A stretch of 39,149 nucleotides of DNA from a virus. Taxonomy: Duplodnaviria; Caudoviricetes. The position numbers were made by a program, and so were the translations under genes. Below the pieces are notes generated by a model that saw only the letters and a program-made list of their open reading frames with translations, was not told where the DNA came from and made no database searches. Positions 19,135 to 27,081 of this stretch are shown here, in pieces (the first letter of the stretch is position 1; each line of letters starts with the position of its first letter). The DNA lies in the IMG/VR virus record IMGVR_UViG_3300033145_001781, positions 1 to 39,149 of that record; one strand, given 5' to 3'.

Positions 19135-19589
19135 TTAAAATCTATTACAACTCTTAAAACTCCAAATGCTAAATATTCTTGAGGCTCTTCTGGATCTGGA
19201 AAATAAGTTGTCTCTAACCATAGATATTTATATCCCAAACCAATGTATGGTATCGGTATGGTGATTGGACTAATTTCATAACCCCAAATCAAGCTAAACC
19301 TCAAACCGACAGTTATAAATTTTTCATCTAATAACCGCCCATCTACAAATAAAACTTCACCAGGATTATTAAACGAGTTCGTAAATTTCATGTAACATAA
19401 CCAATTGATGCATAACCCACTGGCATTGTGAACTTCATTCATCTTGTTTAAATTCGAATGCTTACTCCATCCGCCTAACCATATTGAAACTTGTTTGGAA
19501 TTATTCCAATGATATTTTATTAATCGTTCTCCTTTGGAAACATTATGTACAAATAATAAAAGGAGACATGTTAAAACAAGTTTTTTCAT
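19131..19589 (-). CDS. Secreted PagP-like outer-membrane beta-barrel protein
   Basis: Signal peptide MKKLVLTCLLLLFVHNVSKG; WSKH...NEVHN.SG...F.NSF...GY motifs; alternating hydrophobic strands; aromatic C-terminus. Confidence 0.55.
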   Translation of the reverse strand: MKKLVLTCLLLLFVHNVSKGERLIKYHWNNSKQVSIWLGGWSKHSNLNKMNEVHNASGLCINWLCYMKFTNSFNNPGEVLFVDGRLLDEKFITVGLRFSLIWGYEISPITIPIPYIGLGYKYLWLETTYFPDPEEPQEYLAFGVLRVVIDFN

Positions 19590-20059
19590 TTTTCAATCCC
19601 ATCGATAGGCTGACCGGCTAATGCGATTTGATAAGTCACCGTAACAGGTGGCCATTCAAGATTGATCCCGATACGCCTCATGGTCTCAGTGATATTAACT
19701 CCACAAGCCTCTGGTGTTGTTAGAACTAAATGATTCCCCTTATCACTAAGGAAGTTTGCAATCTCACCTTTCAATTGCTTCCTTGCCGTCCCCTGCCAAT
19801 ACAAACAACATTCGGCCTGCCTATCCGACCATTGCGGATGCTTATTTCTCATCCTGGTTGTGTGCTCATCGAAATCAAATACATTCCAGATTGCATAGAT
19901 AGGCTTATTGAGATCAAACACTTTACTGATCAGGGGGGCTTTCGGTGGGCAATCATGGCGTTTATTAAAATTAGGACAACCCTTTTTATGATTAGGATAT
20001 GATCTCTTACAAAGTCCCCGCATTGATTGATCTATGACTATTTCAATTTGTTGATACAT
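19586..20059 (-). CDS. DUF2284-like metal-binding protein
   Basis: C...GCPNFNKRHDCPP and PEACGVNITETMRRIG motifs. Confidence 0.7.
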   Translation of the reverse strand: MYQQIEIVIDQSMRGLCKRSYPNHKKGCPNFNKRHDCPPKAPLISKVFDLNKPIYAIWNVFDFDEHTTRMRNKHPQWSDRQAECCLYWQGTARKQLKGEIANFLSDKGNHLVLTTPEACGVNITETMRRIGINLEWPPVTVTYQIALAGQPIDGIEK

Positions 20060-20083
20060 CTAACACCTCCATTGCTATGATTT

Positions 20084-20242
20084 TCATTTTTCAATCTCCT
20101 CATATCTATAGATTATTCTCGTTTGATCTTCAAAAAAATTACATTTGAACAAGTATAAAATAACCATTATCAAACTAAAATCCCACGCTTCATCTTGCCA
20201 TATTTCCCCTATTATTTTAGATTGCAGATACCATTTGTACAT
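20084..20242 (-). CDS. Small hypothetical protein (52 aa; below the ORF-track cutoff)
   Basis: MYKWYLQSKIIGEIWQDEAWDFSLIMVILYLFKCNFFEDQTRIIYRYEEIEK with RBS GAGGA; fills a gap in the operon. Confidence 0.65.
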   Translation of the reverse strand: MYKWYLQSKIIGEIWQDEAWDFSLIMVILYLFKCNFFEDQTRIIYRYEEIEK

Positions 20243-20271
20243 TTCAATCCTCACTTGAATCAAAACGATCT

Positions 20272-20550
20272 TTAAGACAAAAGAGTATTTTTAGATTGAA
20301 AAGTTTTTAAAAGAATATCCTGTTGAAATAAATATAAACAGGATTCAATATATCCCTTTTCCCATGGAAGTGGAATTCCAAATCTAGCACATTCGACTGT
20401 TTCTTTCATCCAAATATTAAATGATGAAGTTGATCTTTTAGAGATATCCTTTATTTGATCATTAATAAAATCACTCTTTCCTATAAGATCAGAGCGAAGC
20501 ATTTGAATACGGACTACGCCTTTGTATACTTCCCAATCAATAAAACTCAT
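20272..20550 (-). CDS. Hypothetical protein
   Basis: 92 aa; ATGA overlap with the upstream gene; RBS AGGAG. Confidence 0.7.
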   Translation of the reverse strand: MSFIDWEVYKGVVRIQMLRSDLIGKSDFINDQIKDISKRSTSSFNIWMKETVECARFGIPLPWEKGYIESCLYLFQQDILLKTFQSKNTLLS

Positions 20551-21437
20551 TTTTCAGATCTCCTTTTAATTTCTCGCTCAATATACCATTTAGCCTTTTT
20601 CAGATCTTCAATCCCATTTTCTTTGAGGTCACAGTGCATAATATATTTAACAGCATTTCCCAAACAAAAATTCATATGCTCCGTGATAGTTATCACCTCA
20701 ACACCGGATGGACGATTAATGATGTCTTCTTTCGCCGGTTGAAATCCTGGTTCATTTTTATGAATCCCTACACAATACTGACAAAAATAAATATTCTCAA
20801 TTTTGCAATTTTGATCTATACATCTGTCAGGTCTCAGGAAGGGAATTTCAAATGCTTTATCTTTAATAGGAGGAACTTTTTTTACATTGAAGCGTTCTTT
20901 CCAACCTTTTACCCATGAACCGTCTTCATATTCCGGTCCTTCCTTCAAATCAAATCCAGAATCAGCTAAAGATGTTACAGCATTAGCAAATTCTATACAT
21001 CCAGGACATAGAAGATTTTCTTCATATTCCGTTAAGCTATTACTCAATTCTCCGCAAAAAGCACAACAACCGAGAATTACTTTTGATCCTTTTTGTTTAT
21101 AAAAAGACCCATATGATTGATCTCCAGGAATAGGATCAGACGATACATTCCATCCTTTTACGTCTTTCGATTTTATACTAACAATCCCGTCATCGTGACA
21201 ACCCTCACACAATCTAGCTATCATTCTTTGTTCAAGCGGTACACCACAATGGTTTACACAATAATCGGGAGATTTATCGGGACACGTGTCACAATAAGGA
21301 AAATCAGTGACAAAAACATTCGCGTCCCTATCAACAACATCAACTAATTTATCTTTAAGATCGATCAATGTGTCGTGTGTCGATTTGGCTGCTTGAAATA
21401 ACTTATGATTTGAGGTTTTATCAAAATTTGTTTTCAT
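20547..21437 (-). CDS. Cys-rich multi-module protein with a C-terminal DUF3310 domain
   Basis: FCLGNAVKYI...NGIEDLKKAKWYIEREI at the C-terminus; several CxxC pairs upstream. Confidence 0.75.
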   Translation of the reverse strand: MKTNFDKTSNHKLFQAAKSTHDTLIDLKDKLVDVVDRDANVFVTDFPYCDTCPDKSPDYCVNHCGVPLEQRMIARLCEGCHDDGIVSIKSKDVKGWNVSSDPIPGDQSYGSFYKQKGSKVILGCCAFCGELSNSLTEYEENLLCPGCIEFANAVTSLADSGFDLKEGPEYEDGSWVKGWKERFNVKKVPPIKDKAFEIPFLRPDRCIDQNCKIENIYFCQYCVGIHKNEPGFQPAKEDIINRPSGVEVITITEHMNFCLGNAVKYIMHCDLKENGIEDLKKAKWYIEREIKRRSEK

Positions 21438-21464
21438 TTTTTTAATCCCTTTTAAAAGGTTATA

Positions 21465-21923
21465 TTATCGTCTAGCTTCGCGCCCGTTTCCACTACTACC
21501 AAATCCGTTTCCTCCTCGTTCAGAATCTATCAGATTGTCAACTATTTTAACATCAAACAGTTCCAATTTTTTCACTACTAACTGTCCCACTTGTTGACCA
21601 ACCAGTTGTTCGGCAGCTGTTAACCCGTCACCGTCTCCCACATATCGCATCGGCATATATAAAACACCACGATATCCAGCATCTATGATTCCTACGCTAT
21701 TGGTCATGACAAAATCATATTTATAAATGCTCGACCGAGGATAAAGTTCGGTATAATAGCCCTCTGGCGGTTGAATAGACACACCGGTGTTAAAAAAGAA
21801 AATAGAATCCCGTTTTTTCTCGACCCTGATCAGGGTCAGATCCAACCCGCTGTCAGTGGTGTGAGCCCTGACAGGCGGTTCCATCTCAGGAAAATGTAGC
21901 TTTATGTTCAGGCTCAACAACAA
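21465..21923 (-). CDS. dut: Trimeric dUTPase
   Basis: All five motifs present: SGLDL, PRSS, GIIDAGYRG, QLV, RGGNGFGSSG. Confidence 0.96.
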   Translation of the reverse strand: MLLSLNIKLHFPEMEPPVRAHTTDSGLDLTLIRVEKKRDSIFFFNTGVSIQPPEGYYTELYPRSSIYKYDFVMTNSVGIIDAGYRGVLYMPMRYVGDGDGLTAAEQLVGQQVGQLVVKKLELFDVKIVDNLIDSERGGNGFGSSGNGREARR

Positions 21924-21990
21924 TTTTTTCCTTTTGTTGATGTTAAAAAAAAACGACAGAATGAGTACCGACTATACACAAGACGCATTC

Positions 21991-22158
21991 CTATTTGTTT
22001 AAATTCTTATCTTTCGCACACTGACCACAAAAATGTTCGTATCCGTCATCCGGATTTTCAACCCAGTCAGAATAATGAATTGCAGTATCAGGAGTGTCGC
22101 ATTCATCAATTTCTGTTCGATACCCACATTTATCACATACCAAAATTTCTTTTATCAT
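21991..22158 (-). CDS. Small zinc-ribbon protein (55 aa; start revised from 22365)
   Basis: MIKEILVCDKCG...HFCGQC with RBS AAGGA; the upstream extension overlaps the repeat gene. Confidence 0.7.
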   Translation of the reverse strand: MIKEILVCDKCGYRTEIDECDTPDTAIHYSDWVENPDDGYEHFCGQCAKDKNLNK

Positions 22159-22199
22159 GTTAGATCCTTTTTTTCTTAGATTAAATTTTGCGGAATAAA

Positions 22200-22706
22200 T
22201 TAAAGTGTCACAACACCGTTCATATAGAGTGCGCCCCCCACCGACAAACCATCCGGTAGTTCCGTGATCCCGGTCCCTTCCAGATCCAGGTACCCACCTA
22301 CCCACAAACCATCCGGTAGTTCCGTGATCGCCGTTCCCCCCAAATAGAGTGAACCACCTACCCACAAGCCATCCGGTAATCGAGTGATCGCCGTTCTTTT
22401 CAGATCAAGCGAACCACCCACTATTAGATTAGTCGGAAGTTCCGTGATCGCCGTTCCCCCCAAATAGAGCGATCCACCCACCGACAAACCATCCGGAAGC
22501 TGCGTGACCCCGGTCCCTTCCAGGTCCAGGTAACCATCCACCGTTAGATTGTTCGGTAGTTCCGTGATGTTGGTCCCACTTAAATCGAGAGATCCGTACA
22601 CCGACAAACCTTCCGGTAGTTCCGTGATCGCGGTTCCTCTTAGACCAAGTGAACCATAAAATTCTTTTTTTTCATTTTCGCAGTTAAGCATCTCATGTAA
22701 TTTCAT
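22200..22706 (-). CDS. Leucine-rich-repeat-like protein (about 7.5 repeats of 20 aa)
   Basis: Consensus GSLYLxGTAITELPDGLxVG; 60-bp tandem repeats visible in the DNA. Confidence 0.9.
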   Translation of the reverse strand: MKLHEMLNCENEKKEFYGSLGLRGTAITELPEGLSVYGSLDLSGTNITELPNNLTVDGYLDLEGTGVTQLPDGLSVGGSLYLGGTAITELPTNLIVGGSLDLKRTAITRLPDGLWVGGSLYLGGTAITELPDGLWVGGYLDLEGTGITELPDGLSVGGALYMNGVVTL

Positions 22707-22742
22707 TTTTTCTCCATTTTAAATTGTTTAAGAATTATCATG

Positions 22743-22991
22743 TTAGATTTCCAATGAGTTATGAATTATCTTCCTCCTGCTCGATAATAAAAACAGTTTT
22801 GTCGGTGGTATTCCTAATCGTAATTCCACACGATTAGGTTGTTTACCGTGTTTTCTTTCAAATTGAGCACATTCATAACTGAATTTCACAAGATCTATCC
22901 CAATGATTAATTGTTCTTTTGAGTCGTAATTTTCGCGTTTTATGAATTCCCACGAAACGTCTTGAGTCACTATGGATTTTTCTTTTTTCAT
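22743..22991 (-). CDS. Hypothetical protein
   Basis: 82 aa; RBS GAGGAG. Confidence 0.75.
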   Translation of the reverse strand: MKKEKSIVTQDVSWEFIKRENYDSKEQLIIGIDLVKFSYECAQFERKHGKQPNRVELRLGIPPTKLFLLSSRRKIIHNSLEI

Positions 22992-23016
22992 TTTTCAATC
23001 TCCTCTTTTTTAAAAT

Positions 23017-23370
23017 TTATAAATCGTTTATTCTTTGTTCTAATAATTTTTTTTCTTTTTCGATATCAATTATTACCCAATCAGATTCCCACATTTCCGA
23101 TAAATGACGGGACATACCGCAATCCTGACAAATTTCCACCGCACCACCATCAGGCCAATCTTGATATTTTGTATTATCATGTTCACATTCCATTTCTCGG
23201 GCAACAGCACAAATCAATCCGCAACTAATCGCATCACCGACAGTACCACCTACAAGAATATATTCGTCAGTTTTAGGTACGACGAGAGACCAGCATTTAT
23301 TTTCAGTTTTGAAAACAATATCTCCCTCCTCTACATACTCAGAATACTGTTTGAAAATTATCTTTTTCAT
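23017..23370 (-). CDS. Hypothetical protein with a CxH...CxxC motif
   Basis: 117 aa; RBS AGGA; CEH...ICQDCG. Confidence 0.75.
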   Translation of the reverse strand: MKKIIFKQYSEYVEEGDIVFKTENKCWSLVVPKTDEYILVGGTVGDAISCGLICAVAREMECEHDNTKYQDWPDGGAVEICQDCGMSRHLSEMWESDWVIIDIEKEKKLLEQRINDL

Positions 23371-23405
23371 AAATCTTTCCTATCGTCAAAAGGTTCATTT
23401 TAAAT

Positions 23406-23443
23406 GATAAAGTCATTGAATTAAGATAAAGTCATTGAATTAA
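23406..23443. repeat. 19-bp perfect tandem duplication
   Basis: GATAAAGTCATTGAATTAA x2, immediately downstream of the primase-helicase stop. Confidence 0.9.
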
Positions 23444-23454
23444 GAAAAAATCAT

Positions 23455-25563
23455 CTATTCGTATCCCTCCCATAAAATTTCGATAGAAATAGATCCCTCA
23501 AAACACGTACGGCAACGCTCCGTTGTATTAGGATTGGTCAATCTATACGTACGCGGACTATTAGTTCCGCTACGTATAACTTTCAATTCGGGGAAAAATT
23601 CACGGAGCTTTCTTGACCAAACGTTCTGAGCTTCAGCTCTAAGGCGGGTATCTCTACAGTATTCAGTATAGATCTTATATAAATCTGAAATTCTTAATTC
23701 GCTGGGGAGTCGCTCAGAACAAAGCATATCGAAAACCCATACACCAATAGAATTTAACGATTTTAATTTGTTTGAATTAATTGCTTCAGTCATGGGGAAG
23801 TTAGAAATATCTATTTTTGAGATATTTCGATTGAGCAAATCATATAATAACGCCTCATATCCACCGGACTTCATTTGATCAGCGATTGTTTTGAAATATT
23901 TTCTATCTTTTCTGTTTTCATCACCAACCCGAGTAATAAAAAACCGTCTATCGTCCATAGAAAGAGGGACAACCCAATCCTTATTTGAGGCCATCATGAC
24001 GCGACAACAATTTCTAAATTGAAAGGCGTCTTTCCCTTTATATTCGATCATTATCAACGGTTCAGTGATTAGAGTTTTCAGGATATCTTCGTGTTTTTTA
24101 TCTCCTGCAAAAAAAGCCTCATCGGCAAATAATAGAAGGCAATCTTTTAGATGACCATTAAAATTCCCGGTGATGTGTTTGGCATTGGTGATTTGCAATG
24201 AATGAGAGCCGTATAATTTTGTAAATTGATTAATGAAAAAAGACTTTCCGACTCCAGGTGCACCTTGAAGTACTATGCAAATTCCCGTCAAATTCATAGG
24301 ATTCTGAATCGCGTCCGCCATCCAATCTAAAATATAATCTGAAATTGTAGAATTCCCTTGAGCTACATTTTTAAATAGATGATCGTAGTACAATGAACAA
24401 TTACCTTGTTTTGGCTCAAAAGCAAAACCTCTCCATAGGTTAAAATAACCATCAATTTCTTTCTGTTCAGTATCCATAACGAATCCGTTATATTGTTTAC
24501 GTTTAATGGAATTGAACCAATATGTTCCGGCGTTGACACGTTTAACTTTACCTTCAACATCTTCGATAGAAATAAACCGGTTCGCATACCAGGAAAGAAA
24601 ATCGGACTTGCTTGAAAGTGTAATGTTAGGACGTTTAAAAATAGGGTCAAAATCGTCATTCATTACGACAACTTTCCCCTGAACTTTAATGATTCCATGA
24701 GTTTTATTCAATTCGTCTATGATAGCATGTTGCTTACCGAGACCTTTTTTTTCATAGCATTTTACGGCGTCAGTATAAGATACCGGCAAAAGTGATTTAT
24801 ACCATTCGTTGAACCAACCTTGCTCATGCGCGTCATTAGCATCCGTCTTATCCTCTTTGTACATAAAACGCCGGACTTCCTCACCCAAATGATAGGAATG
24901 TCGTAAACTAGCTTCATCTATGTCATTATCTAACAATACGATAATTTCCTTATAATCATTAAAAAAACTAATACCTCTTTTCCAGTTAACTGCTGGTCCT
25001 GTTATCAGAATATCATATCCGTTTGTATATAGATATAAAATGAGACCATTTTCTAATCCTTCGGTTTGTATCAATTTGTTAAAACCTTTTTTTATTAAAA
25101 TACCTCTATCTTTGCTAGCTCTTCCTAATAATTTTGTTCCTTTTGATTTTTTGAAAAATTGATCTAATGGAATAACGTGCAATTGGACTAATTTGCTATC
25201 GATGGATTTCATCGGTGTTACTAATGATAATTCACCTTTGTATCGGTTGACTCTCATTCCTATCAATTTGATAAAAAATGGATCAACTTCTATTCCTCTA
25301 TCGTTTTCAAAATAATCTGAAACAATCAGCATATCATCTGAATCAATAGTTGATTTTTCGTAGATCGATTTTATATCAATTGGTTTTTTCAGTAGACTTT
25401 CGAGAGATCCGCGTTCCCCGGTGTAGTGATTGAACCACCCTTTTGAACTCAACGATAACGGAGCATTATCAATATTAGGATCACGCCAATCGTCCTCTGA
25501 GATCTCTTCAAAGTGAGTATACTGAGAAAGAGCCAACACTTTTAACAGTATTTTATTCATCAT
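23455..25563 (-). CDS. Primase-helicase (Toprim-like N-terminus plus D5/DUF5906-type SF3 helicase)
   Basis: TEGLENG...LDNDID...DAND Toprim motifs; Walker A GAPGVGKS, Walker B LLFADE, ASN, DDRRF. Confidence 0.9.
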   Translation of the reverse strand: MMNKILLKVLALSQYTHFEEISEDDWRDPNIDNAPLSLSSKGWFNHYTGERGSLESLLKKPIDIKSIYEKSTIDSDDMLIVSDYFENDRGIEVDPFFIKLIGMRVNRYKGELSLVTPMKSIDSKLVQLHVIPLDQFFKKSKGTKLLGRASKDRGILIKKGFNKLIQTEGLENGLILYLYTNGYDILITGPAVNWKRGISFFNDYKEIIVLLDNDIDEASLRHSYHLGEEVRRFMYKEDKTDANDAHEQGWFNEWYKSLLPVSYTDAVKCYEKKGLGKQHAIIDELNKTHGIIKVQGKVVVMNDDFDPIFKRPNITLSSKSDFLSWYANRFISIEDVEGKVKRVNAGTYWFNSIKRKQYNGFVMDTEQKEIDGYFNLWRGFAFEPKQGNCSLYYDHLFKNVAQGNSTISDYILDWMADAIQNPMNLTGICIVLQGAPGVGKSFFINQFTKLYGSHSLQITNAKHITGNFNGHLKDCLLLFADEAFFAGDKKHEDILKTLITEPLIMIEYKGKDAFQFRNCCRVMMASNKDWVVPLSMDDRRFFITRVGDENRKDRKYFKTIADQMKSGGYEALLYDLLNRNISKIDISNFPMTEAINSNKLKSLNSIGVWVFDMLCSERLPSELRISDLYKIYTEYCRDTRLRAEAQNVWSRKLREFFPELKVIRSGTNSPRTYRLTNPNTTERCRTCFEGSISIEILWEGYE

Positions 25564-25729
25564 CAGTTAATCCGTAAGAATCTCTGAGGCGCTTATATAT
25601 AATGTCCGTTTCTTTGAGAATGTAACCTTTTTTTTGTAATTGTTTTTGCTCTTTCCGGATTGCGATCAAGATCTTTTCCGGTAGAAATAAGCTCTTTTTT
25701 CTATCTTTTAGTGATATCTTTGATTTCAT
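25553..25729 (-). CDS. Ribbon-helix-helix (Arc/CopG-like) regulator, 58 aa; below the ORF-track cutoff
   Basis: MKSKISLKDRKKSLFLPEKILIAIRKEQKQLQKKGYILKETDIIYKRLRDSYGLTDDE: strand-LP-helix-turn-helix pattern; first gene after the leftward promoter; overlaps the primase start. Confidence 0.6.
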   Translation of the reverse strand: MKSKISLKDRKKSLFLPEKILIAIRKEQKQLQKKGYILKETDIIYKRLRDSYGLTDDE

Positions 25730-25794
25730 GTTTTTTGACTTATATTGAAAATTAACAAAAGTTTTTGTTTTTTTAGATTGTATATTTCCATTCC

Positions 25795-25836
25795 ATTCTA
25801 TTCATGAAATTCATGAAAGTCAAGAATTTCATGAAA
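25795..25836 (-). promoter_or_regulatory. Leftward sigma70 promoter with three TTCATGAA operator-like palindromes
   Basis: Minus strand TTGACT (25823-25818) - 17 nt - TAGAAT (25800-25795); TTCATGAA at 25801, 25810 and 25828. Confidence 0.8.
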
Positions 25837-25872
25837 CTTTATAAACAACCGTAACTACTTGATTCAAAATAT

Positions 25873-25925
25873 AAAAAAGATTTTGTTGACAAAAGATTTT
25901 GTTTTTTGATAGTATTAAATCAACA
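25873..25925 (+). promoter_or_regulatory. Rightward early sigma70 promoter, copy 1
   Basis: TTGACA (25886) - 18 nt - TAGTAT with an extended -10 TG; 53 bp identical to 26518-26570. Confidence 0.85.
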
Positions 25926-25966
25926 CAAAACGCACTAATTCAAAACCTCAAATTGGGAGATTAGAG

Positions 25967-26518
25967 ATGAAAGCCATTTTAATGGAAAGTTATAAAAGCA
26001 TGATTAAAAACGAACCAGAATATAAATTGATCATTAAAAATATTAGAGTTAATGAAATACATCATGACGTTATCAAATTTACCGTCATAGATAAACCCGA
26101 CGGTCGTGTTCACATCTGGGATAATGATATGGAATACGTGACAACCGAAGAATACGATGAAGCGTCAGATATTATTGCGGCTCTTAATTTTGCTATTAAA
26201 TTTAATCGGAGATCAAAAATGAAAAACCAAAAAAGATTGAAAGGAACGAAGTTGGAAAAAACGTTACGGTCAATTATCGAACAACATGAAAAATTCAAAA
26301 ATAGTTATTTTTGGTCCCCGCCTTGTGGTGCATCAGCACGAAGGTCTTACGAGAAAAAACACTCAAGAGGAACAATTGAATTTATGTTACAAGGTGTTAC
26401 CTATACAATTATCCAGAACGTCGACTGTTCATGTAAAAATATCTATTATCGATTCTCAGTCGAAGTGAATGGAGAAGGGAAAGATATTCGCGCTTTGAAA
26501 AAATTATTCAAAAAATAA
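25967..26518 (+). CDS. Early hypothetical protein (possible two-gene fusion; internal start at 26219)
   Basis: RBS GGAGA at the start; second GGAGA plus in-frame ATG at 26219. Confidence 0.75.
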   Translation: MKAILMESYKSMIKNEPEYKLIIKNIRVNEIHHDVIKFTVIDKPDGRVHIWDNDMEYVTTEEYDEASDIIAALNFAIKFNRRSKMKNQKRLKGTKLEKTLRSIIEQHEKFKNSYFWSPPCGASARRSYEKKHSRGTIEFMLQGVTYTIIQNVDCSCKNIYYRFSVEVNGEGKDIRALKKLFKK

Positions 26519-26570
26519 AAAAAGATTTTGTTGACAAAAGATTTTGTTTTTTGATAGTATTAAATCAACA
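26518..26570 (+). promoter_or_regulatory. Rightward early sigma70 promoter, copy 2
   Basis: Identical to 25873-25925; TTGACA at 26531, TAGTAT at 26555. Confidence 0.85.
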
Positions 26571-26607
26571 AAACAAAATAATTCAAAACCTCGAACTAAA
26601 GAATAAA

Positions 26608-26991
26608 ATGATCAAGGTATCAGAACCTAAGTGGGATTTACAAGAATATTTCATCAGGAATATCTATCTCAATTCGTTTGATGAGTTTGATGTCAACAAT
26701 ATAGGATGTCATTGGTCAAAAGACCATGGATATATGCATGCTGGCGGCGGAGAAGCAGGATTAACAAACACTGATCTTGAATTGTTTCAGATTTTTGTAA
26801 AGTCAGATTCTGTCGAAATCGATATTAATGCGACAGAAATGTCGAATGAAGAATGCGGCGTAGAGCAAGAAATTGTTTTGGATCAAAATCAGAACATCTC
26901 GATATTGTATTACAATACAGAAGATGATGAATATTATCGCATCGAAGGAAATACCGGAAATAGAGTTGACTCCTGGGTTGCATCCCTCTAA
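26608..26991 (+). CDS. Early protein with ADP-ribosyltransferase-like R-S-ExE motifs (start revised from 26551)
   Basis: YFIR...IGCHWSKD...EQEIVL; the ORF-track TTG start lies inside the promoter -10 region. Confidence 0.5.
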   Translation: MIKVSEPKWDLQEYFIRNIYLNSFDEFDVNNIGCHWSKDHGYMHAGGGEAGLTNTDLELFQIFVKSDSVEIDINATEMSNEECGVEQEIVLDQNQNISILYYNTEDDEYYRIEGNTGNRVDSWVASL

Positions 26992-27081
26992 TATCATAAT
27001 TAAAAAACGAGGAGTAAAAAAAAAAAATAGAAGATCTTTTCTTTCGAGTCAAATTAATAAAAATTCAAACGGAGATTAAGG

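Noticed and set aside
22159-22365. N-terminal extension of ORF 21991-22365
   Set aside because: An alternative-frame reading of the LRR repeats; the real start with an RBS is at 22158.
22200-22660. 60-bp periodic repeats as a CRISPR array
   Set aside because: There are no unique spacers, the period is a multiple of three, the units encode a protein repeat, and no cas genes are present.
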